Positions 19,101-28,368 of a DNA stretch of 64,000 bases are shown here, piece after piece. Source of the stretch: Kiritimatiellia bacterium (GTDB lineage: Bacteria; Verrucomicrobiota; Kiritimatiellia; JAAZAB01); the NCBI GenBank assembly GCA_040767085.1, contig JAXGPF010000003.1:384001-448000 (forward strand), given 5' to 3'. Below the pieces are notes generated by a model that worked only from the letters and a program-made list of their open reading frames with translations, was not told the DNA's origin and ran no database searches. The position numbers and the translations under genes were made by a program. Numbering within the stretch: position 1 is the stretch's first letter; each line of letters starts with the position of its first letter.

Positions 19101-21382
19101 CCCAGCGCCTCCAGGATCGCACGGTTGCCGCCATACGGGACAAGCTCCACCTTCAAATCCGCCGTTTGCGGCCGGACGGACAGGTTGGCCAGTTCCGCCC
19201 GCACCTCGATTTCCGAGCGGGCCAGCTTGGGATCAATCAACAAGGCCCTGGCATAAATTTCCGGCCGTTCAATCAAGAGCACATCCCCGACAATGCCGCC
19301 GTAATTGCGGTCGGAGATGATGTATTTTTCACGCTCCCCGGACCGCCAGACGCGCACCGCCAGGGAGTTCTGGCCCGTGCGGACGGCATCGGTCACATCA
19401 AACTCGAACGGGCTGTTGCCGGCGCGGTCTACGCCCAGTTTCACGCCGTTCAACCACACGGCAGCTTCGTAATGCACCCGGTCGAAATGCAGAAACAGGC
19501 GTTTGTCCGAGGATTTTTCCGGCAAATCAAAGCGCGTGCGATACCAGCCCACGCCGTAAAAATTCTGGCCTTTCAGCCGACTATCGTACACATATTCCTG
19601 CGCCAGAGGAGGCAACAGCTTTTCTTCCGTGATCCATGTGCCGGGGACGGATCGTTCCGGCCAGGCGGAGTCGTCAAAATCGGGCCGCCAGAATTCCTTT
19701 TGCGTTCCCTCGTCATCCGCCGGATTGTTTTCCGTGCCCGGCAATTTCCTGATCTTCCAGGCGCCGGCCAGGTCGGTGATCTTCCAATTTCCAGGCCAGG
19801 GCTTGTAATCCGCAAGCTCCAGGTATGCCGCGGGCGCCTCCACCGAGTCGCCGAGCATGACTTTGTCCAGCGACGGGACGGCCAGTCCCTTGACATCCTG
19901 CCAATCAGCCTTGACATGTTTTTCGCCGAGGGCGCGCACCTGCTCCACACTCAGCCCGGAATGATCCACCCGGCCCAGGCACATCAGGACGGCATCATCC
20001 AGGTAGATCGCCGTGCCGGCCGGCAAATCCGTCGGCGCCCGCAACGCGCCGGTGAGGGTCTTGCGCGGAATGTTGGTTTCCGTACCGGTCATGGAAACCA
20101 TTGGCGCCATCCGCGTATAGCCCTCCAGGAAAAACCGGACGGTGTGTTTTTGCCACGCGGTCCCGGCGGTAATGGTCTCGTTTTTCGGGACGATGGTCTC
20201 GCGTTTGAGCTTGCCGCCGGTTTCATCGAGATTCCAGACGTAAACCAGAACGCGTACGTCAGGCTGGCGCGCATTGCCGGCATCGCCCCGAATCCACACG
20301 GAAAATTCATACTCGTTGCCGGCCGCGGGTATTACCTGGCCCTCCACACCGTATGCGCCATGCAGCGCATCGCTGAAAATGACGCCCACGGTGCCTTTCC
20401 CGACGCCTTTTTCGGCGGACCGGAATTCGCGGACCGACAGGCGCCCGCAATATTGGCCGGAATGGCAGTCGTTTGTGGATAACGCGAAATCCGGCAGCAT
20501 CGTGCCGGCATTGTGAATCGTTATCTCGGGCGGCTTACCGGCGGCATCGGTCTTTTCAAATCCGCCGTTAAAAAGCAAATTAGCCTGCTTGCCGCCCAGG
20601 TCGTATTCCGCGCCAATATCTTCGCTCGCCGGCGCCGGGTCTTCAACCAAGCCGGCAAGGTACCGGATGCAATCCAGCAACAGCATTTTTTCCGCACCGG
20701 ATGGCGGGACCACGGAACCGTCGGCCAGCAAGCCGGGCAGCGACCCATTGGCAATGTAACGCCCCTTGCCGACCGACCCATACACTACTACCGCGCCGGA
20801 ACTCTTGGCGTTGTCGCCGGTCTTTTCAATCCCGCGCGCCAGGATTCTGCCGGCCGGTCCCGGCTCGGAAACGACATAATCGAAATAACTCAGGGGAACC
20901 CGATCGCCCTGCCGCAGGGACGGCGTAAAAGGCTGGGCGCGGGAAACAACCAGTTCGGCGGTAAACGGATCGCGGCTGATGACATCATGGTAAACGCCTT
21001 TCGCTATTTCCGGAAACAAAGGCGCATGGTTCTTGTAACCGACGGCGTCATGCGTCACCATTAATCCGCCGCCGCTTTCCGCCCAATGCTTGACGGCGGG
21101 AAACCAGCGTTCATAGGCCGCATAAGCCGGCGTTTCCTTGACGGTGCCCAGCGGCATCTGCGGCCAGATCAGCACCTGGTATTTTGCCAGAATCTCCGGG
21201 GCGGCGTCCTGGATCACTTCCGGCGCATATTCACGGGCCCGCTGCGCCAAGGCCTCGCAGATGCCGTCGGCATATCCGGGCTTGTCGCCGAATTTGAGGA
21301 TGCCCACGTTGATTGGCGCGGCCGCGACTGAAAACACGCACACTGGAACCAACGCCACTGATAGTTTTGCGATACTTCTCAT
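16133..21382 (-). CDS. Large multidomain GH2-family glycoside hydrolase (ThuA/GATase-like, CBM4/9-like, GH2 sugar-binding and TIM barrel)
   Basis: GVGWYRTRF, VWLNG, PWSP..PFLY, FGYRE, YDICDELGI, NHPS..IGNE motifs; signal peptide; 1749 aa. Confidence 0.85.
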   Translation of the reverse strand: MRSIAKLSVALVPVCVFSVAAAPINVGILKFGDKPGYADGICEALAQRAREYAPEVIQDAAPEILAKYQVLIWPQMPLGTVKETPAYAAYERWFPAVKHWAESGGGLMVTHDAVGYKNHAPLFPEIAKGVYHDVISRDPFTAELVVSRAQPFTPSLRQGDRVPLSYFDYVVSEPGPAGRILARGIEKTGDNAKSSGAVVVYGSVGKGRYIANGSLPGLLADGSVVPPSGAEKMLLLDCIRYLAGLVEDPAPASEDIGAEYDLGGKQANLLFNGGFEKTDAAGKPPEITIHNAGTMLPDFALSTNDCHSGQYCGRLSVREFRSAEKGVGKGTVGVIFSDALHGAYGVEGQVIPAAGNEYEFSVWIRGDAGNARQPDVRVLVYVWNLDETGGKLKRETIVPKNETITAGTAWQKHTVRFFLEGYTRMAPMVSMTGTETNIPRKTLTGALRAPTDLPAGTAIYLDDAVLMCLGRVDHSGLSVEQVRALGEKHVKADWQDVKGLAVPSLDKVMLGDSVEAPAAYLELADYKPWPGNWKITDLAGAWKIRKLPGTENNPADDEGTQKEFWRPDFDDSAWPERSVPGTWITEEKLLPPLAQEYVYDSRLKGQNFYGVGWYRTRFDLPEKSSDKRLFLHFDRVHYEAAVWLNGVKLGVDRAGNSPFEFDVTDAVRTGQNSLAVRVWRSGEREKYIISDRNYGGIVGDVLLIERPEIYARALLIDPKLARSEIEVRAELANLSVRPQTADLKVELVPYGGNRAILEALGFSPPDASAPQTADGGRHELAPGTNAISLKISMERPVPWSPACPFLYELVLSANGREAGRERFGYREVGTQSNRYLLNGKGFYPKGIIFDMPSPAPGIWRNHANLLRRVLAAHKMWGVNMIFIQGEQIFAPRNLYDICDELGILINEWQGATAQKLIKTSVLFDDDNTARRIRYIYNHPSFAVYTIGNESRQKEFIEPINHVYDLVKQIDGQQRPVCAVSGGAPQVLRFKEDVVDIHAYPGSIYGHPLDMREIFENANREVWAAHGQMLPVGNWEMGGAKISMVGSEYAKGRQLFSAPALDKEALIQHITQADPGYHMPLGFRWAMLYGLRRHFVEAPAKLASDPEFDVLRRDNPGDLARRESFWAAKYYVEWAAKNVLEECRRLGELMRGGFGINMGRFYALFYLRDQDGKISVKSGLPWFEIWNLPGGSLAASELYSTYKRAFKDEFICADVFARNCFAGRPLALTVYAVNDTQADAEGWQARVVILDQDGKAVADKISPAGKVKAMTRNLLPFEMKIPADWPTGFYDVQMYLMRNSGGSASTPAVISDNHYEFFVMNARDLQDKLDAGGRRVALFDVSNQKITTGGILEGLGVKFERIETFDRLADYDVLIIGAESHDGAVVAAGEKINEWLKQGGRLLQFEQYFPNTLSWLPQMSIIKRLGGNVGSIIAPDHPVFAGINASANWDTWNGRLERTSRGGKQGGIFSALISPINKTALALGCQDTPRATDAAVQMLVSDVKVGQGQALVSQAAATFRYDSDSVATKFIQNCIKYILSDETGFAEPLSGLNILNVDSRRCGYIDLAAVAKQRVEVDQSWLDALRQGLKSCGGLRFMLADPRAALLTGGMEFKLPDAMQYMDPEWEAQKQATDHDQGALLKNRVDTLFIMAALPGPAPDGAPAARLKLVFQDGAEEVRELIVGRDIAPVGRNSDLENAKYIGHGFYVTQWPSPRSDATVVKLTVEPLAEGGLLLGGITATLAREKVHGL

Positions 21383-21397
21383 ACCTAATCTCCGTTG

Positions 21398-22150
21398 TTA
21401 AACCGCCGATTCCACCAGCATCTTGCGCACATCTTCCGCCAGACGTTTCACGCCGGTGTTAATCAGAAACTCGCCGAACTCCGCCGTGGCGTGCCGGTTT
21501 TCCGCAACCACCTCGGGCTGCATGTCGTAAAATCCGTCAAAGGGCTTGTCCAATTCCGACAAATCCACTCCGGCCGGATCGATGGCCATGTTAATGGAGG
21601 TCTCCCATAATCCGCCGTGCGCGCCGGAATTCTTTAAGCCGTATTTGGCCTTGGCCTTTAAAAGCTCGTCCTTGATGTAATCGCCTGTGCCGGCCGCCAG
21701 CAAGCGCATGCCGCCAACATTGCCGCCGCGTTCCTCGGAGAACGCCTTCAGCATGTGGACGGCCGGCCCATGCGCTCCAAACAAGACGCACAATTTGAAT
21801 TTCAGGCACTCGGCGAAATATTCCGTCAACCCGGCAATAATGTTCCAGCATAAATCCCGGCCGCCGAACACGCCGGGGTACGCCTGAAAATCGAACGTTT
21901 TTAACTCTTCCAGGGTTTTCGAGGGCGGACTGCCGGCCGGCACGATCGGAATGGTCGGATGGACAACACCGCCGGAGATGGCGGCGGCGCGCCGGCAGAT
22001 GACATGGCCTTTGCTGAAATCAATCGCCATGGATTGATGCGTCCCGTGGTATTCCACGCCGCCGAACGGACAGTAGATCACCGGCGCGCGTTCGAACTCC
22101 GCGCGGAATTCCCGCGGCCGCATTTCCTCGAATTGGTGGGTGCGTGCCAT
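21398..22150 (-). CDS. Creatininase family amidohydrolase
   Basis: PFGGVEYHGTH..D, GAHG and HGGLWETS motifs. Confidence 0.88.
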   Translation of the reverse strand: MARTHQFEEMRPREFRAEFERAPVIYCPFGGVEYHGTHQSMAIDFSKGHVICRRAAAISGGVVHPTIPIVPAGSPPSKTLEELKTFDFQAYPGVFGGRDLCWNIIAGLTEYFAECLKFKLCVLFGAHGPAVHMLKAFSEERGGNVGGMRLLAAGTGDYIKDELLKAKAKYGLKNSGAHGGLWETSINMAIDPAGVDLSELDKPFDGFYDMQPEVVAENRHATAEFGEFLINTGVKRLAEDVRKMLVESAV

Positions 22151-22394
22151 TTGTCTATCCTCTCTGTTGTTTACCAACCCTAATTTTGCACCGCGCAAGT
22201 TTGGTTCAAGGCGCAGCGCGAAGGATGCCGCTTGAGCAGATGGGAAAATAATTCACCGCGAAAGAATATAAAATAGCATAAAGCTAAACAGCCTTTTTTG
22301 CGTCTTTTGCGTTCTTTTGCGTTCTTTTGCGGATAATTCATTCCAACACCAATATTCGTGCGGACTTCGGGCGCCATCTGTTGTTAACTACCGC

Positions 22395-23561
22395 TTACGT
22401 CAAGCCGTGTGCCCCGGTGGTGCGCCGGGCAAAATACTGCGTACCGAAATGTTTTACATCATCCAGCGGCATGAACATGCCGCCGGCATGCAGCGGCTTT
22501 TTTTGCTCCAAGTGTTCCAGCATGATCCGCTGCAGGCGGCTTTTGCGCGGCGCGGTTTGCAAATCCAACTCCCCCGCCGCTTGGCGGAAAACGAAATCAA
22601 TGCCGGCGGTCGGCGTCGACTTGATCGGAAACAGGAAAACCTTGCGCATGAACTGGGCCATGTTGGAGTCCGGCAAAAGCGTCAGCCAGTCGGGATTAAG
22701 AATCCACGACGTGCAGGTGAAACTTTTAACGCCATGCCCCGGCAGATATCGGCGGATTATTTGGGCGGCAGCGCGCAGGGAAGCCTCGCAATCATCGGGC
22801 AGCATGGGCCGCCCGGGGGGGATATGCACCGTCGCCGCACACATGCGCGGCGCCATGACCGTCTCCCATTCCGCCGCATTCAGCTCCGCGCGTTCTCTTA
22901 AAATCCGCCCGGCCGGGACAATCCGATTGCCGGAGATTTTGCCGGAAGATTGCTCCATGCGCGTAATGAAAGCGGGCGCGGCATTATCCCCGCAGACCAA
23001 GCCCGCATCGTCCACCGCTACGCCATCGGATGCCAGCGCCGCAACCTCGCCGGTATTCCGGTTGCAAAAGCCCCAGGCGGGCAGTTTTTCCGACATATTT
23101 GCCAGCAGGTAGACAAATATGCCTGTTTTAAACATTGTTTCCCGATAATATTTGCCGGCCCAATACAAGCTTTTGATATAGGCATCGGGAAAATCCGCCA
23201 TGGCTCTTGATGAATTGCCGAGGGCGCGGCAAGATTCGCCGGTTACATCCGACGGTAAACCAAGTTCCGCATGCCGCGTCCGAATCAGCGGCGCCAGCAA
23301 TGCCAGCAGAATTTTGACAAGCAGCATGCGATCAACGGTAATGCCGGCGAAATCACCCCGGGTCAGACCTGTGCCGTCCAACCATGCCTTTTGATAACAA
23401 GTCCTGAGCGCCGCCAGATTGGCGGGAGCGCCGAGCGCCCCGGAATCGTAAGCCGCCATGACCGTGGGAAGTTCCTCATCCAATCCGGCCGCGGCCAGCC
23501 ATTCGGACAGTTTTGCGCGCTCAGGCAAACGCTCAAGTGTCAAACTATGTTGCATCCGCAT
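22395..23561 (-). CDS. N-acyltransferase (NAT_N/GNAT_C, DUF5596-like), full length
   Basis: VHIPPG, FTCTSWILNP, SNMAQF, FVF, SRLQR motifs; start codon uncertain (23555-23588). Confidence 0.75.
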   Translation of the reverse strand: MRMQHSLTLERLPERAKLSEWLAAAGLDEELPTVMAAYDSGALGAPANLAALRTCYQKAWLDGTGLTRGDFAGITVDRMLLVKILLALLAPLIRTRHAELGLPSDVTGESCRALGNSSRAMADFPDAYIKSLYWAGKYYRETMFKTGIFVYLLANMSEKLPAWGFCNRNTGEVAALASDGVAVDDAGLVCGDNAAPAFITRMEQSSGKISGNRIVPAGRILRERAELNAAEWETVMAPRMCAATVHIPPGRPMLPDDCEASLRAAAQIIRRYLPGHGVKSFTCTSWILNPDWLTLLPDSNMAQFMRKVFLFPIKSTPTAGIDFVFRQAAGELDLQTAPRKSRLQRIMLEHLEQKKPLHAGGMFMPLDDVKHFGTQYFARRTTGAHGLT

Positions 23562-23852
23562 TTTCCGTAAGGCGAGCATTGCCCTCAACCCAAATCGAAA
23601 TAGGTATCGGCATCGATCCCGATTTCGATTATATTTTTAATTCAGTAGCATCCCATAGAAAACCGCTTTATTTTCTCACAAAGACACCAAGCCACAAAGA
23701 AGATGGGGATTATTTATTACGGAACCGGATAAGCAGTTAGCCACCCGCCTTCTCTAAAGCTACGGCGGGCAAGCGCATGGACTGTAAAAGCCTGGATGTA
23801 ATGTAAATGCAGGGGATATTGAAAGATGCCGCGCTGGCCGTTGGGCGGACAT

Positions 23853-23910
23853 GGATCGGGTGACACTCGGATACCCGAATAAATTCGCGTATCAGGGTGT
23901 CAGCCGATCC
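23853..23910. other. 58-bp imperfect palindrome / long hairpin
   Basis: 28-nt arms, 24 Watson-Crick pairs plus 1 G-T, 3 mismatches, no bulges, 2-nt centre. Confidence 0.7.
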
Positions 23911-24001
23911 GTCAGACCGGCAGATGCCGGTCGGCGCGGCAGTCGTTCGTGATCTGAAAATCTTGTGCATCTTGTGCATTTTTGTGGCTAATCAAAAACA
24001 T

Positions 24002-25627
24002 TCATTCCGTCGCCGGGCCGGCAGCGGCTGGCGGAGCGGCGCCGATCATCACGGGCTGGGAGAAAATCATGTCCACCGTGCCCGGGGGATATTTACCCGC
24101 ATCAGCCCAGCCCGTGTTGTCGTTGATGCAGGAGATCTCATAGACATTCAAATCGGTGAACATCGCAGCCGTCAAAGGCTGGCCGCGATTGTGCGTGTTG
24201 GGATAGGCAAACGCTTCCACCCTTACGTATTTGCAGGCAATGGCGCCGGCCGAATCCCGCGGAAATTCGAAATAAGCGTCCGCGGCGCCGTCCGCCGCGC
24301 GCGCGACACCCGCGTCGGTCACGAACCGGATTTGCAGATTCGGGCGCTTGTCGGGGTCGGCGCCCGCCACGGCCGCATCCAGGCCCAACGGCTGCCCCTG
24401 TTGATCGCGCCGCACGGCGATCCTCGCAAAGCGGAAACGGCTGCACTCCGGCACCGGGGGGACCGCGGCCGGCGCGTTTGGCTCAGCGGCGCTGACCAGT
24501 CCGAAAAACCGGCCCTGGCGGTAAGCGCGCAGGGCATTCTGCTCGCGCTCGGCCATCGGCAGGTCCTGCATGGGCGGCACCAGCAACACATTGCGTCCGC
24601 GTCCAGAATCCCGGTGGTCATTAACGAAGAACCCGAAACAGCGGCGGCCGGCGCCCAATATGGCATTCCATAACTCATAGAACCCCATGTCGGCGCCCCG
24701 CCGCGCGCCCAGCGGGTAATGGTCGTTCCAGACTTCGATCCCCAGCACGCGCGGGTCGAAATCCAATAGCGGCAGGCAGGCCGCGACAGGCAAGCCGGGA
24801 TGATTGATGGTGATCCCGCCGCCATCAGCATACTGCAGCCCTTCAATCGGCTTGTCGTTTTCATCCCGCAGGGTTCCATCCAGGGCCGCGCGGAACGCAT
24901 CCCGCCATGGCCGATGCACGCCTTGCGCAAGGCTGAACAGTTCGATCCGCACAGCGGCAGGATCGAACTCCAGCCGTACCCGCACCTTATCCTCCTGCAC
25001 ACGCAGCAAGATCGGTTCGCGGCTGCGGATGCTTCGCTGGAATATCCGGCTTTCCGGCAGCGGCCGCCAGGTGGCCCGATTCACGGCCAGGGCGCCGTCC
25101 ACTGTCAGTTTCACCTCCGGCTCGCCTGCGCCCAGCGCCGTAAAACGAATATCCGGCCAATAGATGCTCCGCCAGGGCTCATGGTCCGGATCATATACCT
25201 TGGCCCCGGTAAACACATGTTCAAACGGCGCATTGGTATTTTCTATTTTTGCGCTCATCCGGCCGCCGGTGGCATAAAAACTGCCCAGCGTATTCCAATG
25301 AATGCCCAGGTCGGAGCAACCGTGCTGCTCGGCGTTGGGGGCGAAGACCGCGTCGGGGTATTTTTGGGTCAATTCCTCCGGCACCGGATAAAATGGTTCG
25401 GAAGGATAATAATTCGACAATGGGAAATGCCGGTATCCCCGGACATACAAATCCGGCACGCGCGCGGCGGCGCCATGCTGGTGGGACATCGAATGCAGAT
25501 ATTCCACCTTGTCCCAATCCAGGCCGTCGTATGGATTCCGGATCATCGGGCCCTCCGCCGTCCACGCAGCGCGGGCTGCCAAAAAGCCGCACAGCAGCCA
25601 GGCAAGCATTTTAATTTCATGTTTCAC
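24002..25627 (-). CDS. Secreted PHP-like metallohydrolase, uncharacterised
   Basis: Signal peptide; SHQH, NAEQH, INHP, GIEVWN and NDH motifs resemble PHP-fold metal ligands. Confidence 0.6.
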   Translation of the reverse strand: MKHEIKMLAWLLCGFLAARAAWTAEGPMIRNPYDGLDWDKVEYLHSMSHQHGAAARVPDLYVRGYRHFPLSNYYPSEPFYPVPEELTQKYPDAVFAPNAEQHGCSDLGIHWNTLGSFYATGGRMSAKIENTNAPFEHVFTGAKVYDPDHEPWRSIYWPDIRFTALGAGEPEVKLTVDGALAVNRATWRPLPESRIFQRSIRSREPILLRVQEDKVRVRLEFDPAAVRIELFSLAQGVHRPWRDAFRAALDGTLRDENDKPIEGLQYADGGGITINHPGLPVAACLPLLDFDPRVLGIEVWNDHYPLGARRGADMGFYELWNAILGAGRRCFGFFVNDHRDSGRGRNVLLVPPMQDLPMAEREQNALRAYRQGRFFGLVSAAEPNAPAAVPPVPECSRFRFARIAVRRDQQGQPLGLDAAVAGADPDKRPNLQIRFVTDAGVARAADGAADAYFEFPRDSAGAIACKYVRVEAFAYPNTHNRGQPLTAAMFTDLNVYEISCINDNTGWADAGKYPPGTVDMIFSQPVMIGAAPPAAAGPATE

Positions 25628-28187
25628 TTTCCCGCTCCTTTATCCTGCGTAGTGCGGCAATTCCATCCTGGATATCCGCAAGTTTCAAGGCCTGCATCTT
25701 ACTGGCAGCGTCTTCGGGCGCTTCTAAGCGCGTGTAAAGCGCGCGGTGCCGCTCGATCAAGTCGGCAGTTTCCTGTTCCAGTGACTCCATTTCCGCCAGC
25801 AATTGCGCGGCGCGGCGTTTTAGCGTGGCCGCATCCCGCGCCGGGCGCGCGCTCCCCGCCGCCCGCGCCGTCATCCCGAAAAGCATGGCAAAACCATTGC
25901 CGGCATCCGGCGGCTGCAATGTCACCGACGCCACTTTCGATCCCGGCCGCGGATTTTTCCACCAGCACAAATAAAGGAAAATGCGGTAGCCGCGGCCGCC
26001 ATCTATGGCCTTGGCGCCTTCCCAGGCCGGCATGCTATCCAGCAGCACCCCGCGGCCGCCGGCCCGCGGACCGGCCGACCAGTTCCAGATATTGCGCCCC
26101 ACCACCAGCGGCAGATCGGCATGGCCGGCATCGGCATATTGCATGCGCAACACTCCCACGCTGGTATCCGGCGCGCCCCAGGCGGCACCCGCCAGGAAAT
26201 ACAGGCTGTCGCAAGCGCAGCCCAGGGGCAAGGCAACCGGCGCTCCGTATTCGCGGCCAACCAGGGACTCCTGGCCGCCGACCAGAATGGCGCGCCGGCC
26301 GGCGCAACGGCGCGGGTCCGGTATCTCGAACGGCACCCCATGGATGAGATGCCGGCCGGGCTCAAGGTTGAAAATCCCCGCCCTTTTGACCATCACCCCG
26401 TCCCAGTTCAAGCCGCCGGCGATATCCACCGGCTGGTCGTCCCCAGATCCCGCTTGCAGCCGGCCCGACAAAATGCCCGCTTCCTGCAGGGCCGCCAGGC
26501 GCCGCGCCATATCCAGGCGCAGGGCGGTCAATTCCGCATATACTCCCCCCATCGCATCGGGCGCCGCCGCGGCATGGCCGCGCAGGTCAAGCGCCGTATC
26601 GCGCAACACGGCCAGGTCATCCGGCTGGGGCGCAATGGCATACCCGCGCGCGTCCACCATCAGCCGGTCGGCCGTGGCGGCGGCTTGCGGCAGCGGGCTC
26701 GCGCGCCCGAGCGTCATCCGCGCGAAGCGCTCGAAGAGCGCGCGCTCATCACCATCGGCGGCCTGCCAGGCATAAGCTGCGCCAGCCGCCACGCCGTGGA
26801 GGGAACTGTGCACCGGCAAATAGCTTTCCCAGGTGGTGTTCAATAATCCCAGCGCCCCGGCCTTGACGGCCGACCGGCAAAAATAGCGGTTATTGGCTAC
26901 CCGGCCGGTAAAACCGATCTGATCCATCGTGTTCGCCATGGGCGAAGCCAGCACAGCATAACCTTGCTCCTGGAAAAACTTCAGGTAAGGGAAGGATTCG
27001 AACAGCGCCGGCCCATCGTGGGCTACGATATATTTGCCGTATAAGCGCCGGTGCAGTTCGGGAATCTGATTTTCCTGTCCCGGGTGGAATTCTCCAGCGC
27101 CGCGCAAAAACAGGGCCTGCCCCTGCGCGCCTTCCGGATGGCCGGAATAATTCCAGTCGGCAAATACCGTTTCCCGCGGCAGCCGCTGCAATTCTTCGGG
27201 ATGCATGATAATCATGTCGCTCCACATGACGGGGCGCGCCCCATGCGCCACAATCCAGCTTCCCAGGTCGGCGTAATAATTCGCGTAGAGTTCCGACAGC
27301 TTGCCGGCGCGCGCGTATTTATCGCAGGCCGGGCAAAACCGGCCCAGGCGAAAGACTTCATCGCCGGTAATCGAAGCGTATCGCGCCCCCGGATGCGCGG
27401 CCAGGACTTCCTCCCAGATGCTCTTGATAAAACGCAATGTTTCGGGATTACTCGGGCAGAGTTCCTGCGGATTGCCCGGCACTTCCGCCAGGTGCTGGAA
27501 TTCGGGATGTTTCAGGTATGCCTGCGCATGCCCGAGCGAATCGAGGCTGGGGATGATTTCCAGGTAACGATCAGCGGCAAAATCCCGCATCGTTTTTATC
27601 TGGGCCTTGCTCAAGGCAGCCGGATGATTCAACACCGGATAACGCTCGAAGGCAAACCGGTCGTCATACTCAAACACCAGGGCGTTGTATTTCCAGGTCG
27701 CAAGCCGATCAATCAATTGCAGGATTTCCTCGAATATCGGCAGGTTGCCGGCGCCGGTAATATGCAAGCCGCGGAACGGCAAGTCCGGCCAGTCCTGGAT
27801 GCGGCAGCAGGGAATCTCCGCGGCGCGGTTCATTTGCCGCAACGTCAGCAAGGCATAATACAGCCCCTGTGGCGCACGCGCCCGCGCCCGGATCTGGCCG
27901 GCGCCGATTTCCAGCAGGTAGGCCTGGTCCAGCGCATCCGGACGGACCGCGGACGGCAGGTTCAACGCGGTGTCCAGTTCCAGCGCCAGGTTCGCGGCCG
28001 CCGGCAAATCGCACTGTTCCACGGCGCCCAGCGCCGCCGCGGCGCGCAGCAAGCGGCCGGCATCCGGGGCGGCGGCGCCGTGGACGGATAATTTTAAACA
28101 CCCGCCCGGCGCCCGCCAACTTCCGGAACCGCGCTCGATTTCCCGCGGGAGCGGCAATAAATCCACCGGCATATCTCGATTCGTCAT
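25617..28187 (-). CDS. GH20-family beta-N-acetylhexosaminidase-like protein
   Basis: LLPLPRE, QAYLL, IQDWPDLPFRGLH, KYNALVFE, SLGH, LCPSNP and ITGDEV (catalytic DE). Confidence 0.85.
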   Translation of the reverse strand: MTNRDMPVDLLPLPREIERGSGSWRAPGGCLKLSVHGAAAPDAGRLLRAAAALGAVEQCDLPAAANLALELDTALNLPSAVRPDALDQAYLLEIGAGQIRARARAPQGLYYALLTLRQMNRAAEIPCCRIQDWPDLPFRGLHITGAGNLPIFEEILQLIDRLATWKYNALVFEYDDRFAFERYPVLNHPAALSKAQIKTMRDFAADRYLEIIPSLDSLGHAQAYLKHPEFQHLAEVPGNPQELCPSNPETLRFIKSIWEEVLAAHPGARYASITGDEVFRLGRFCPACDKYARAGKLSELYANYYADLGSWIVAHGARPVMWSDMIIMHPEELQRLPRETVFADWNYSGHPEGAQGQALFLRGAGEFHPGQENQIPELHRRLYGKYIVAHDGPALFESFPYLKFFQEQGYAVLASPMANTMDQIGFTGRVANNRYFCRSAVKAGALGLLNTTWESYLPVHSSLHGVAAGAAYAWQAADGDERALFERFARMTLGRASPLPQAAATADRLMVDARGYAIAPQPDDLAVLRDTALDLRGHAAAAPDAMGGVYAELTALRLDMARRLAALQEAGILSGRLQAGSGDDQPVDIAGGLNWDGVMVKRAGIFNLEPGRHLIHGVPFEIPDPRRCAGRRAILVGGQESLVGREYGAPVALPLGCACDSLYFLAGAAWGAPDTSVGVLRMQYADAGHADLPLVVGRNIWNWSAGPRAGGRGVLLDSMPAWEGAKAIDGGRGYRIFLYLCWWKNPRPGSKVASVTLQPPDAGNGFAMLFGMTARAAGSARPARDAATLKRRAAQLLAEMESLEQETADLIERHRALYTRLEAPEDAASKMQALKLADIQDGIAALRRIKERESET

Positions 28188-28208
28188 TGTACTATCTGCC
28201 TTTCTGTT

Positions 28209-28362
28209 GAGCCAAGTTCAAAAGTCGCCCCCCGCCACCTTGTGTAGCAGGAACGATAGGTTATGCAAAAAACAAAATGTGGTTTTTAAACAACATGTGG
28301 CGTTTTGCATAACCTTGGTCTCCGGCGGGGTAAACCCGCCGGGGGACTTTTGAAATTGGCTC
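28209..28362. mobile_element. MITE-like element with the same TIRs as 8347-8465
   Basis: GAGCCAAGTTCAAAAGTC ... GACTTTTGAAATTGGCTC; internal 13-bp IR aggttatgcaaaa/ttttgcataacct; no target duplication seen. Confidence 0.6.
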
Positions 28363-28368
28363 CAGTGC

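Noticed and set aside
23853-23910. Integron attC site
   Set aside because: No RYYYAAC/GTTRRRY ends, no extrahelical bases and no integrase.
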